DNA of 64,000 bases from Rhodothermales bacterium (GTDB lineage Bacteria; Bacteroidota; Rhodothermia; Rhodothermales; Bin80), in the NCBI GenBank assembly GCA_965220935.1, contig OZ244857.1, forward strand, positions 2,796,450 to 2,860,449, read 5' to 3'. Numbering within the stretch: position 1 is the stretch's first letter; each line of letters opens with the position of its first letter. The notes under the pieces were generated by a model that was not told the origin of the DNA, searched no databases, and saw only the letters and a program-made list of their open reading frames with translations. The position numbers and the translations under genes were made by a program. Of this stretch, positions 1-9,256 are shown in pieces.

Positions 1-829
1 GGGATCAGAAAAACTTTTTTCTCCATCTTCGGTCGAACAAAAATCAGAAGAACTACGTCTCAGTGCATTTAATAATAAAGGAGACTCCGAAAAATCTCGC
101 ACCTTGATAACTAGGTATTTTGGACTCATTACTGATTTTCTAGCGCGAAGCATCGTGGCGTATATATCAACGGATGTGTATCCCAAATTAAAGGAAGCCA
201 ACCAAGAGTCACATCTAAAACTGAATATCCGTATCCAAGGTAATGGATGGAGACTTTGGTACGGTAGTTCTTCATACCCTGAAATTCAGAGTGAAATTGA
301 AAAAGCAATTAAATCAATTGCAAAAAAATTATTGAAAGATATAAAATCTGTTGATCCGTCATTGCACAGTGAAAAACCCGATTTATGGGTTCCTGACGGA
401 CAACTGCTTGGCCAAATAGAGCCCAAGGTAGGCCCAATTCTTAATGCCATTGGTAAGAAAAATATGGATCCTTACGAAACGGATGACAAATGTTATACAT
501 TCCCTTTGTGCAATGTAACACTTCTTGAGGGGACTAGTGAAGGAAAAAATCAGTGCAAAGACTGGTTTGCTACACTACCGTTCGCTGTTTCACCAAATAC
601 AAGACTCCAAATCGATAAATTTAGCCCCCCACTGAACCCTGATCATCTTCTTGTGACTCCCCAAGAAACCTATGAAGAGGTTGATACTCCCTGCATGAAC
701 AAAATTAATACACAAATTCAGAAACAACAAAACTATGATCCTACTCTTGGACTTTTTTCACCTATCGCCGCAATCATCTGGGAAGAGGTGTTTGGCTCAG
801 ACACATTCAAAAAATCTAATGAAGATTAA
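1..829 (+). CDS. 5'-partial hypothetical protein, possibly the C-terminal part of an actin/Hsp70-fold ATPase
   Basis: The frame of ORF 104..829 stays open back to base 2, so the gene starts before the window. IQGNGWRL and EPKVG loosely resemble C-terminal motifs of Hsp70/actin-like proteins (weak). Confidence 0.55.
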   Translation, partial: GSEKLFSPSSVEQKSEELRLSAFNNKGDSEKSRTLITRYFGLITDFLARSIVAYISTDVYPKLKEANQESHLKLNIRIQGNGWRLWYGSSSYPEIQSEIEKAIKSIAKKLLKDIKSVDPSLHSEKPDLWVPDGQLLGQIEPKVGPILNAIGKKNMDPYETDDKCYTFPLCNVTLLEGTSEGKNQCKDWFATLPFAVSPNTRLQIDKFSPPLNPDHLLVTPQETYEEVDTPCMNKINTQIQKQQNYDPTLGLFSPIAAIIWEEVFGSDTFKKSNED

Positions 830-879
830 CATTAACGTGGTCTTTAGACTTTCTAATTCCGCAAACTCTTAGCTGTACA

Positions 880-1299
880 ATGCATTTAAATTTCTCCGCA
901 GGACGACTGATTGAGATTGCTCAAGGTTCTCACCTTATCTATATAAAACATCCGATTCGGGCGCTCCTCAAAGGAGTGAAAAAGATCATTGATTTGATCA
1001 TGAATCTGTTCACGCCTCAACACTCCAAATCCGACTCTCTGGAGGGTTACCTCCTGCGTAGACTGAAAACGATTGTTGAGAATTTCCCGCAATTGGAATG
1101 CCCATTAACCAACCCCATTTCTGAGGAGCAAAAACCGCATTGGTCATCCTCTCACTCTATTGATTTAACTCGAGACAAATCGGATAATTACGCTGATAAA
1201 TTATATCTGAAAATACTTCAAGATTCCTTGTATATCACACAAGAGATCCTTGAAAAATTAAACTTAGAAAAACCTCTCATTTCACAACAATTACCTTGA
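880..1299 (+). CDS. hypothetical protein
   Basis: 139-aa ORF, co-directional and closely spaced within the 1-5220 cluster; no motif recognised. Confidence 0.5.
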   Translation: MHLNFSAGRLIEIAQGSHLIYIKHPIRALLKGVKKIIDLIMNLFTPQHSKSDSLEGYLLRRLKTIVENFPQLECPLTNPISEEQKPHWSSSHSIDLTRDKSDNYADKLYLKILQDSLYITQEILEKLNLEKPLISQQLP

Positions 1300-1333
1300 T
1301 TCTCGTTGCAACATTATTTACACTTAAAGTATC

Positions 1334-1597
1334 ATGAGCAGACCGAAATGTCCTGATTGCAGTCGTCTAATGGTTCCCCGATATGCTAGACGAGGACCTA
1401 ATGCTGGCAGTCATTTTTGGGGGTGTTCAGACTATCCAGAATGTACGGGTGCCAGTGATATGGATACTCCAGATTGTCCAGAATGCGGAAGCGATATGGT
1501 GCCAAGAAAGGCCACGAGAGGCCAAAACGCAGGAAACTACTTTTATGGATGTAAAGATTGGTCAACAACAGGTTGTAAAGGAATCATTGACCTGTAG
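1334..1597 (+). CDS. stand-alone tandem topoisomerase-type C4 zinc-ribbon protein
   Basis: Two copies of CPxC-x3-MVPR-x-A-x-RG-x-NAG-x2-F[WY]GC, the zf-C4_Topoisom pattern. Confidence 0.85.
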   Translation: MSRPKCPDCSRLMVPRYARRGPNAGSHFWGCSDYPECTGASDMDTPDCPECGSDMVPRKATRGQNAGNYFYGCKDWSTTGCKGIIDL

Positions 1598-1652
1598 TTT
1601 CTGAATACTCTTAGTTAAGTACTACTGATCCCCCATCGTGTGAAAAAGATTT

Positions 1653-3035
1653 ATGCCTAAGTTAATTATATCTGCTTTAACCCTTATTACTTTAGTTATA
1701 GTTACCGGTTGTGATGATCCATCAGAAGAACCCAGTCAAAATGAGACTGATACAGCACCGACAAAAGTGGTTCAGGTTGATCTTCAACCCGTGTGGGATG
1801 CTGCAACCTCCTCACCCACCCACGATATTGATTCAGAGAGTTTTTATCTATTCTGGGATCGCTCTATCCCTATTGGAGGATATATTCATCAAATAAATCA
1901 AGATGACAGATTCAACCTTCAAAGAATACATGAATCGCTTTTAAATGCGCATCTGCTCTCAAATGATAAGCATGGCGAAGTTCAATGTAGAGGAATTACA
2001 GACTTAATTTCTCCCTTTGATTGTGATACTCGATTATTGTCGAGGAATTTTTTTGATGGCACAAATTCTCGCTTGGATAAAGGTGTTAACTATGTGATTG
2101 AAGCACTTACAAGCGGATCCCTGTCACTCGCTACTCTAATCACAGATCTAGTAGTTACCGCTGAGAGTGGAAATCAGACAGTGATTGGTGCCCACTTATT
2201 ACGGCAGTATTTTAATCAACCTGCCATCAGAGGCGCTTTCAACGAAGGCAAATTTCACGTCGCAATTCTAGGTATTAAAACGAATTACTGGGGGGTGCAG
2301 GCGGGGGTGTGTCGCAATCTTCAGGGTTCTTTAGGATGCTGGTATGATGAAGGTGATAGAAGATATAAACGATTAAATGATGTAGCTCAGAGACCGATCT
2401 ATATTCTCATTTTAGGGCGAAACATTAGTGGCACAGACGACAACTTGGTGAACAAGTTTACCAAAAAACTACATGAATTAATTTCTGATCATGGATTTGA
2501 TGCGGTTCAATATGAACTAATCACCACTGGTGCATTACGGACGCCAGCCGACTTTGAATGGAATCCTGTTGATGTTGGTAGAGGACGTCCCCCCGTAGAC
2601 TTAGATCCTCAGCGCGGATATTCTTGTAATGAAGATAAACCTCACATGCTAAAAGCCAAATTCATTGATAGCGGAGTATCTATTGATGAAATTGTAGCCC
2701 AGAACTTTGGTGATGATCATCCAGAGATTTCAATCCAGAAATATGAGAATCATGAAATGAGTATCAGCCTAGACTGCAAGTCTGTACGTAATAAAATTGG
2801 TACAGATAGAACTAGGGAAAATAAAATTTGTACACAAGAAGGGAGGGTTAATCCATCGCTAAGCTCAGTTCAGGTCAAACTCAGATATGACCAACCCAGT
2901 GATGATTGGAGTGCTTGGTCTTCTCGGGATCAAAGAGTTGACGCAACGCCCTTTTTAACAGAATTTATTGAAAGCATACGCCCAAGCTATTATTCAGCAA
3001 CTATTTCACCTTTCCCACCTCTGGATTGCAGTTAA
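1653..3035 (+). CDS. lipoprotein, possibly with a degenerate vWA-like domain
   Basis: Signal peptide with lipobox (VIVTG/C). FYLFWDRSIPIGGY and TLITD resemble vWA DxSxS and strand motifs. Stops 2 nt before the next ATG. Confidence 0.7.
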   Translation: MPKLIISALTLITLVIVTGCDDPSEEPSQNETDTAPTKVVQVDLQPVWDAATSSPTHDIDSESFYLFWDRSIPIGGYIHQINQDDRFNLQRIHESLLNAHLLSNDKHGEVQCRGITDLISPFDCDTRLLSRNFFDGTNSRLDKGVNYVIEALTSGSLSLATLITDLVVTAESGNQTVIGAHLLRQYFNQPAIRGAFNEGKFHVAILGIKTNYWGVQAGVCRNLQGSLGCWYDEGDRRYKRLNDVAQRPIYILILGRNISGTDDNLVNKFTKKLHELISDHGFDAVQYELITTGALRTPADFEWNPVDVGRGRPPVDLDPQRGYSCNEDKPHMLKAKFIDSGVSIDEIVAQNFGDDHPEISIQKYENHEMSISLDCKSVRNKIGTDRTRENKICTQEGRVNPSLSSVQVKLRYDQPSDDWSAWSSRDQRVDATPFLTEFIESIRPSYYSATISPFPPLDCS

Positions 3036-3037
3036 TA

Positions 3038-4459
3038 ATGGAGCATTATTTACTGTCAATCGGAATCCCTGCTATTGCATTTTTAATCGTCTTTAGATTT
3101 CAAATTAATTATTTGAGGCTTTCTAAGGGCACCTCTGTTAAAATTGGTGAGATTTTAACGAGTGATACCTTTAATCATCCCCTGCGATCAGCCGACTGGG
3201 CAATATTGATAGATTACTTTGATCGATTAGTTGAGCCTCCATTAGATAGGCTTCGACAACTGTCCAATGCTACTTTGGTCACTGGCATTGCAGGCACTAT
3301 GGGAATATTCCTCATAAAAATTGTGCTTATTCGAATTTACATTCCTGAATCCTCTGAAATACAAATACCACTTGAATTAATCGTGGGAGTAGCTATCGCT
3401 CTATGTTCAAGTTTACTTGGTTTAATATTTCATCTACATATCGTGAGAGCTTTGGGTCTTTCCCAAAGTAGAGTTAGTGAAAAACAGAGGGAATTATACC
3501 TCAAAATTAACCATTATTCAGATGACAAAGACATTACTCCAGATATGGAAGAATCTGGGGTTAAGTTTCTGGACGGTGCTCTAAAATTTCTTAAAGAGCA
3601 ACGTACTACCACATCCAAACTTGATCAATTGCTTAAACCGCAGCAAGAAATTTCTCAAAAAATGTCCAATTTTATGGATTCACTGAATGAGCAATCTCGT
3701 ACAAGTCAAAAGACAATCACAGATTTAGAAGGAGCGATTCAAGGCATGAACACCTATCAAACCAAGATCTTGCAAGATAGTCAAGAATTATTTTCTGACT
3801 TGTCACATTCTTCCAAAGAGATTAACGAAAATGTTGATCAACTGACTAAGGAATTAAAGGCGCTTCCCACAGCAATTACCCGAGCGCTGGATATGAGCGA
3901 TGAGTTTGAGAAACAAGCTGGACGTCATATAAACGAGTTGCACAAGATGTTTAATGAACACCAAGGCTTTCTTTCTAACGAGATAGTGCAAAATCAGAGA
4001 CAGGTCCAGTCGCAACAAATTGCCCATCTTGAGGCGGCTTTGGAAAAAGTTCTGAAAATCGTGAAAGGCCCCATAGAGTCAGAAATACGTGATCCTTTGA
4101 AAAAAGTAAGTCAACAATTGCATAACACATCACAGGCAATGAAAAACGTTTCAGAACAGTTTAATACAGACCTGAAGCAGGCCTTAGAGAAAATGCCAGA
4201 GGCGGCAACAGAGTTCAGTTCAAGTATTCAAAAATCATCCGATACCTTTTCTGGAATATCCGAGAAATTGCAAGCATCAACCAAGACTATTCACGAAATT
4301 GTGGATGACAGCACGACTAGGGCCTTTGAGCCTCTCTTAGGCGATATGAAAGATTTCATGAATACGATAAGAGATACTCACGAAAGACTGTCAGAAGTTG
4401 TACAGGGTCTTGTGCAACTGATTGATGATCTTGTGCAAGGGATCAATAAGAAAAAGTAA
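3038..4459 (+). CDS. zorA: ZorA-like MotA/TolQ/ExbB-family membrane protein with long coiled-coil tail
   Basis: Three hydrophobic segments including VTGIAGTMG and ALCSSLLG (MotA/ZorA helix motifs), then about 330 aa of heptad-rich helical tail. Translationally coupled (TAATG) to a MotB-like gene. Confidence 0.75.
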   Translation: MEHYLLSIGIPAIAFLIVFRFQINYLRLSKGTSVKIGEILTSDTFNHPLRSADWAILIDYFDRLVEPPLDRLRQLSNATLVTGIAGTMGIFLIKIVLIRIYIPESSEIQIPLELIVGVAIALCSSLLGLIFHLHIVRALGLSQSRVSEKQRELYLKINHYSDDKDITPDMEESGVKFLDGALKFLKEQRTTTSKLDQLLKPQQEISQKMSNFMDSLNEQSRTSQKTITDLEGAIQGMNTYQTKILQDSQELFSDLSHSSKEINENVDQLTKELKALPTAITRALDMSDEFEKQAGRHINELHKMFNEHQGFLSNEIVQNQRQVQSQQIAHLEAALEKVLKIVKGPIESEIRDPLKKVSQQLHNTSQAMKNVSEQFNTDLKQALEKMPEAATEFSSSIQKSSDTFSGISEKLQASTKTIHEIVDDSTTRAFEPLLGDMKDFMNTIRDTHERLSEVVQGLVQLIDDLVQGINKKK

Positions 4460-5220
4460 TGAAGCGGCATAGTAAGACGCAGATTACTGTGTGGCCCGCC
4501 ATTACAGATTTAATGACTGCCGTGACAATCATTGCTATTCTGGGGAGTATTGTTGGACATAATCTTTCATCGGGCCGAGAGCCAGATGATATCACAGAGC
4601 GTGAACGAATCCTTTTGGAGTTAGACGCAGCCCGCACTTCTATCTTGAATGAGTTCAAAAAAGAACTGTCAAAATATGATTTGAATGTGGAAATTATTGA
4701 CGACGAGGGAGTACTACGGCTACATGACGATGCTATCAATTTTGGATTCTCTGAAGAAGCGCCGCTGCCAGAGCACCAGATAAATGTTGGAATCCTTGCG
4801 CAAGTATTAGCCGATATTGTACCCTGCTATAGCAATCAAATCATCCTTAACGGTAAAAAGTCTTACTCCAGGCCGAATTATTGCAACTCATCTACTAAGT
4901 TTAAATGTGGTAAGAATAAATATAAGTGGTTGATTGGCACAATACTTATTGAAGGCCACACCGACAGCGTTCCTGTGGGACGGAAGCATCGTTTAAATAA
5001 TAATCTTGAACTATCTTCAGTACGTTCTGCCTCTGTATATAAGATGATTACTGATTGTGAACCTTCAATCAATAAAATGCGTAATTCTAAGGAGAGTCCC
5101 ATCTTCAGTACGAGTGGTTATGGAGACATGAGACCTGCAATAGAAGGAAATTCTCACGATAAAAAAAATAGACGGATTGATATACGGCTACTTCTTGAGC
5201 CCCGCCCTGATAAAGATTAG
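4459..5220 (+). CDS. zorB: ZorB-like MotB/OmpA-family protein
   Basis: WPAITDLMT (conserved Asp in the TM helix), then ILIEGHTD, NLELSSVRSASV, SGYGDMRP and NRRIDIR OmpA-like peptidoglycan-binding motifs. Confidence 0.85.
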   Translation: MKRHSKTQITVWPAITDLMTAVTIIAILGSIVGHNLSSGREPDDITERERILLELDAARTSILNEFKKELSKYDLNVEIIDDEGVLRLHDDAINFGFSEEAPLPEHQINVGILAQVLADIVPCYSNQIILNGKKSYSRPNYCNSSTKFKCGKNKYKWLIGTILIEGHTDSVPVGRKHRLNNNLELSSVRSASVYKMITDCEPSINKMRNSKESPIFSTSGYGDMRPAIEGNSHDKKNRRIDIRLLLEPRPDKD

Positions 5221-5341
5221 TTACCATGTTCAAAACTATAGACCACTCGCATCACCTTAATTCAGGGAATCCAGATTTACCCTTCCACCATGTCAAATCA
5301 ACTTGGATGAAAGTTTATGTCCAAAATTTGGGCCTCCCATT

Positions 5342-6485
5342 TTAAGAGTGGGTTGGCCGATTTTTGGTGCCTTCTGGATACACATCAAGTCCACCAAGAT
5401 AGAAGTAAATTGCATTCTTTAATCGTTCAGGATTTCTGAATCCACGCGCACGGATTTTGATCATTTTGATGCTTTCAGCCGGCCCATTACTCACATCTAG
5501 AACCACCGCATTGATCATGCCCCAAAGATGATTTCTAATGGTTTTAGCCACTTTTTTCATCGGTTCCAGACGACTGCGTGAGAGCCATCCTAACTTCCAC
5601 GCTTTGAGCGCCCAAGTGCGATGTTTATACTTCCACAGCGTCTGGAACACTTCTTTCATTGCCCGAGCGCGTGCTGTTTTTTAAGAGACTAAACCGCTTT
5701 TTTTGCTTGGCCCGATTCTTAAGCCAATCATACTTTGTCCCTACCAGATCCAGAATCCCCAGTTTCTTTAACGCACGATTCTCCTCTCTGCGAACCTCAT
5801 CTACCCCAGTTCCAACATATTTAGAGAAATGAAAATGATTAAATGCAATCTTGCATCGGGTCTACGCATCCTTGTTGCAGTGATGTAGGCAGGCCACATA
5901 TCCATACTCACATGTTCAATCCCTGCAATTTGCTCAGGTGAACAACGATCGTAGTACTAACTCTCTATTGTTGGTGACACATGTAACACCGTACCGATCC
6001 GATATAATCGTCACATAATTATGTCCCTTCTTGGATGCGGTCTCATCTACGCAGATGTGAGGCACGATCTTCTCTGGCTTGCGCTCCAATCCACGATCCA
6101 TAATATGAGCGATCATCGTCCAACTCACCCCTAAGCGTTTCGCGATCACTGAAATGCTGGTTGCAATCCATCACACAGCCTCAAACATGGACGTGAATTG
6201 CACACGAGCATCGGCCCAAGGAACCGAAATTATACTCACACCATGCTGTGGACACTGCACACGGGGCCACCTCCGTACGATAATCACAGATATTAGTATG
6301 GCGCCATCGGCGCTCTCGGTGATCATACCCCGGACACACCTTCCCACACTCCGGACACCTTAACTCCGCATCCCCCGAAAGCGCTACATGGATCCTCGCC
6401 GCATAACGACTCGTCTCCTGCTCAATCTCGGACACGGTGACGCAATACCAATCAAATGATTCATATCCGTTATTTTTAAAGCCAT
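5342..6485 (-). pseudogene. ISL3 transposase, multiply frameshifted
   Basis: Fragments in different frames: CPECGK..YDHRERRWRH (Zn finger), ICVDETASKKGHNYVT, SNGPAES..IKIRARGFRNPERLKNAIYF. Confidence 0.9.
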
Positions 6486-6598
6486 CTTTTTTTGATAAGT
6501 TGAAGGATAGAGGGGTTGTCCGAAAATTAGTTGACGTTCAATATTCTGGGAACCATCTACTGGTATCCTTACCCATTCCATATTATCAACATTAACTC

Positions 6599-7624
6599 AT
6601 GCTATTACCTGAAGATTTTGGACAGTTACAGCAGACCTTAGAAGAAGCTGGGGCCTCTGGGCAACAGTTACGCGTGTCTCTGTTACGCCACTGTAGTGAC
6701 TTGATCCAGCACCTCACGCACGACCTTGGCATGCCCAGTGCTCTTGACACTACGTCTGATTCTGCTCAAGAACCCATTCATGCAGATCCAGAAGAAGAGA
6801 CATCGACAGCGCCTTTGTCGTCGCCCAGTTTCCCCGAATATGGGGATGAGTCCGATCTCCATCAGATTCGCATGGAGGCGCTGGAAGTCTTTGATCACCG
6901 CCGTCTTGACGAAGAGACCTATGCCGTGTTGTGGATGGATGTGCTACGCGTCTGGGGTGCACCCTTCTTGCTGTGTATGGGCTCTACTTTGGAAGGCGAT
7001 CGGCGTATGTTAGGATTTGAGCAGGCCTCCGCACAGAATATCGCCCGTGTGACGCATTTGTTTGCGTCGCTTCTCCATCGTGGACTGTCGCTTGACGATG
7101 GACTGCTTTGTATCACCCCCGTCACCGTCACGCTGGATCAGGTGCTAATGGACCTGGGTGGTGAGCGCATTCGCCTGCAGCATTGCCATCTGCACAAGCG
7201 TGAACGGATCGTAAGTGTTCTCACCGAGGAGCAACAAACCCAGATGCGGGGGCAGATCAACCGTGCCTTCTCCATTCCTGATGCCAAACAGGCACGGGAG
7301 GCGCTCTTGCGGATTCATGACCGCCTCCTGCGATGGAATCGTTCGGCTGCCCAGCGTCTGTTCAAGGATCTGGATCTATGTCTGACCTTGCATCAAACCG
7401 GACGGTATGAGCACTTGAGTCGCAGTCTGCGCACAACCTCTTGCGTTACCCATACCGTGCAGTATGTGAATCAGCGACTGCGAGGCATCCGTCACTGGCT
7501 GTCTCCCCAGTCGCGTCGTGCACAACTCGAACTGTTGCTGCTGGAACGCGAATCAAAGATGCATCGACTCGCTCATGCTTCGTATCTTTCTTCCATGCAA
7601 ACGTCTCTGTTTCCTTCCACATAA
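6599..7624 (+). CDS. IS256 transposase-like paralogue lacking two of three DDE residues
   Basis: Colinear with the C-terminal two-thirds of the adjacent transposase: YAVLWMD vs YVVLMID, LLCITPV vs LLVCIDG, LQHCHLHK vs VQRCTWHK, RTTSCVTH vs QTTNIIES. Uninterrupted 341-aa frame. Confidence 0.8.
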   Translation: MLLPEDFGQLQQTLEEAGASGQQLRVSLLRHCSDLIQHLTHDLGMPSALDTTSDSAQEPIHADPEEETSTAPLSSPSFPEYGDESDLHQIRMEALEVFDHRRLDEETYAVLWMDVLRVWGAPFLLCMGSTLEGDRRMLGFEQASAQNIARVTHLFASLLHRGLSLDDGLLCITPVTVTLDQVLMDLGGERIRLQHCHLHKRERIVSVLTEEQQTQMRGQINRAFSIPDAKQAREALLRIHDRLLRWNRSAAQRLFKDLDLCLTLHQTGRYEHLSRSLRTTSCVTHTVQYVNQRLRGIRHWLSPQSRRAQLELLLLERESKMHRLAHASYLSSMQTSLFPST

Positions 7625-7717
7625 TGGATCTCTCCAGACGTTGCCAGCAAGAACGACAAAAACCCATAGGTTCTGTCGTTTCTGTTTCTCTTTTTACTCT
7701 TTAATCTACCCAATTTA

Positions 7718-9082
7718 ATGAAAACAACCTATCGACAAGGTCTCCCCGAACGAGACAATGGCTTTATGGAGCTCTTTGAAGAAGAGCTTCAAGATGATGT
7801 CAGCGCAGGGAAGTTAGTGGATGATTATGTCACAATGGCGCAGGAGATCCTTGCCCTGCTGTTAATTGACAATGAAGTAGAGCATTTATGTGGAGCGTAC
7901 GCGAAGCATGACGATGTCCATGAGGGGCGCTATCAACGGTGGGGATCCAATCCAGGCTCCATCAAGATTCAAGGGGAGCGACTGCCGATCCGAGTCCCCC
8001 GTGTCCGCGATAGGGTGACCAAGAAAGAGGTTCCTCTCCAACGCTATCAGAAGTTGCGTAAACTGCCACCGAAGCAACAAGAGCATTTGACCAATCAGGT
8101 CTTCTATGGACTCACGCAGCGTAACTATCGCAAAGTGGTCCGTGCCTTCATCAATGGCATCGTTCCCTTCAAATCCTCGGTCAGTGAGGCATTCATTGAG
8201 CAAAGTACGCGAGAGTTGGAAGCGTTTGAACGGCGCCAGATCGGATCCGAAACGTATGTGGTCCTCATGATTGACGGCAAATATATGCGTGAACGCCAAA
8301 TCTTGCACTGTGTGGGTATTACCGAAGAGGGTCAGAAGCGGGTTCTGGGATTCGTAGAGGCGACGACGGAGGCCGTTGAGGGGTTATTGTTGAATCTGAT
8401 TGAACGCGGCTTGCGTTATGAGAAGGGACTGCTGGTCTGCATTGATGGAGCCAAAGGACTTCGTAAAGCGGTCGAGGATGTCTTTGGGGAGTATGCTCAG
8501 GTGCAACGTTGCACCTGGCACAAACGGGAGAATGTGCTCGGGAAAGTGAGGCAAGCGTCAAAACAACGTATCAAATCGAAACTCAATGATGCGTATAAGA
8601 CCACAGAGTATGACGAAGCCAAGCAGAAGTTGGACACCCTCTGTGATACGCTGGACAAAGAAGGAGAAGGCATGGCCGCCAAGAGCTTGCGGGAAGGCTT
8701 AGAAGAAACCCTGACACTCCAAAAACTCGGAGTGGTGGACGAATTGGGAAGGAGTTTCCAGACGACCAATATCATTGAGAGCATCAATAGCGAGCTTGAA
8801 GCGAACCTCAAGCGGATCAAACGCTGGGTGAACTCAAGTCAGTATCACCGATGGATTGCCATGTCCATCATCAAGAGCGAGCAGAACTTCAACCCCATTG
8901 CTGGATCCAGTCATCTGCCAACGCTGCAGAAAGCACTTCTGGAGCGGGTGCCATCCATGGAGAAAGCACCCAACCCGAGGCAAAATGAACACAAGATACC
9001 CCCTATGGATTCAACAGAATCTGTACATAAAGAGCAAATGAAGTCTATCTCTAATCGGATAAGAATTCCGAACGTCAACTAA
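7718..9082 (+). CDS. IS256 (Mutator)-family DDE transposase
   Basis: RVPRVRDR, LMIDG, CIDGAKGL, QRCTWHK and TTNIIES motifs; the stop codon lies inside the right inverted repeat. Confidence 0.95.
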   Translation: MKTTYRQGLPERDNGFMELFEEELQDDVSAGKLVDDYVTMAQEILALLLIDNEVEHLCGAYAKHDDVHEGRYQRWGSNPGSIKIQGERLPIRVPRVRDRVTKKEVPLQRYQKLRKLPPKQQEHLTNQVFYGLTQRNYRKVVRAFINGIVPFKSSVSEAFIEQSTRELEAFERRQIGSETYVVLMIDGKYMRERQILHCVGITEEGQKRVLGFVEATTEAVEGLLLNLIERGLRYEKGLLVCIDGAKGLRKAVEDVFGEYAQVQRCTWHKRENVLGKVRQASKQRIKSKLNDAYKTTEYDEAKQKLDTLCDTLDKEGEGMAAKSLREGLEETLTLQKLGVVDELGRSFQTTNIIESINSELEANLKRIKRWVNSSQYHRWIAMSIIKSEQNFNPIAGSSHLPTLQKALLERVPSMEKAPNPRQNEHKIPPMDSTESVHKEQMKSISNRIRIPNVN

Positions 9083-9256
9083 TTTTCGGACAACCCCAGG
9101 ATAGATCTAAACTACTATAATAATCCTTACCTAACCTTATTCTTGTTACCCTCGTTTACCCATTTCTGAAAATATCACCCACTTAAAAAATGGGAGGCCC
9201 CAAAATTTATGCCTCATTTGAAATATACCCAAGGATGTCCTTAAATTCACGGTAGC

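Larger units (their letters stand above)
6512..9097 (+). mobile_element. IS256-family element (2586 bp) carrying two transposase-related ORFs
   Basis: Perfect 28-bp terminal inverted repeats GGGGTTGTCCGAAAATTAGTTGACGTTC (6512-6539 and 9070-9097). 8-bp target duplication AGGATAGA at 6504-6511 and 9098-9105. Confidence 0.95.
5330..9200 (-). mobile_element. ISL3-family insertion sequence (degenerate), interrupted by a nested IS256-family element
   Basis: 24-bp terminal inverted repeats GGGCCTCCCATTTTAAGAGTGGGT (5330-5353) and ACCCACTTAAAAAATGGGAGGCCC (9177-9200), 21/24 match. 8-bp direct repeat CAAAATTT at 5322-5329 and 9201-9208. Length without the nested element is about 1.28 kb. Confidence 0.92.

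Noticed and set aside
3038-5220. Flagellar MotAB or ExbBD/TolQR
   Set aside because: The long coiled-coil tail on the A subunit, the OmpA-type B subunit and the absence of flagellar or TonB genes fit ZorAB better.
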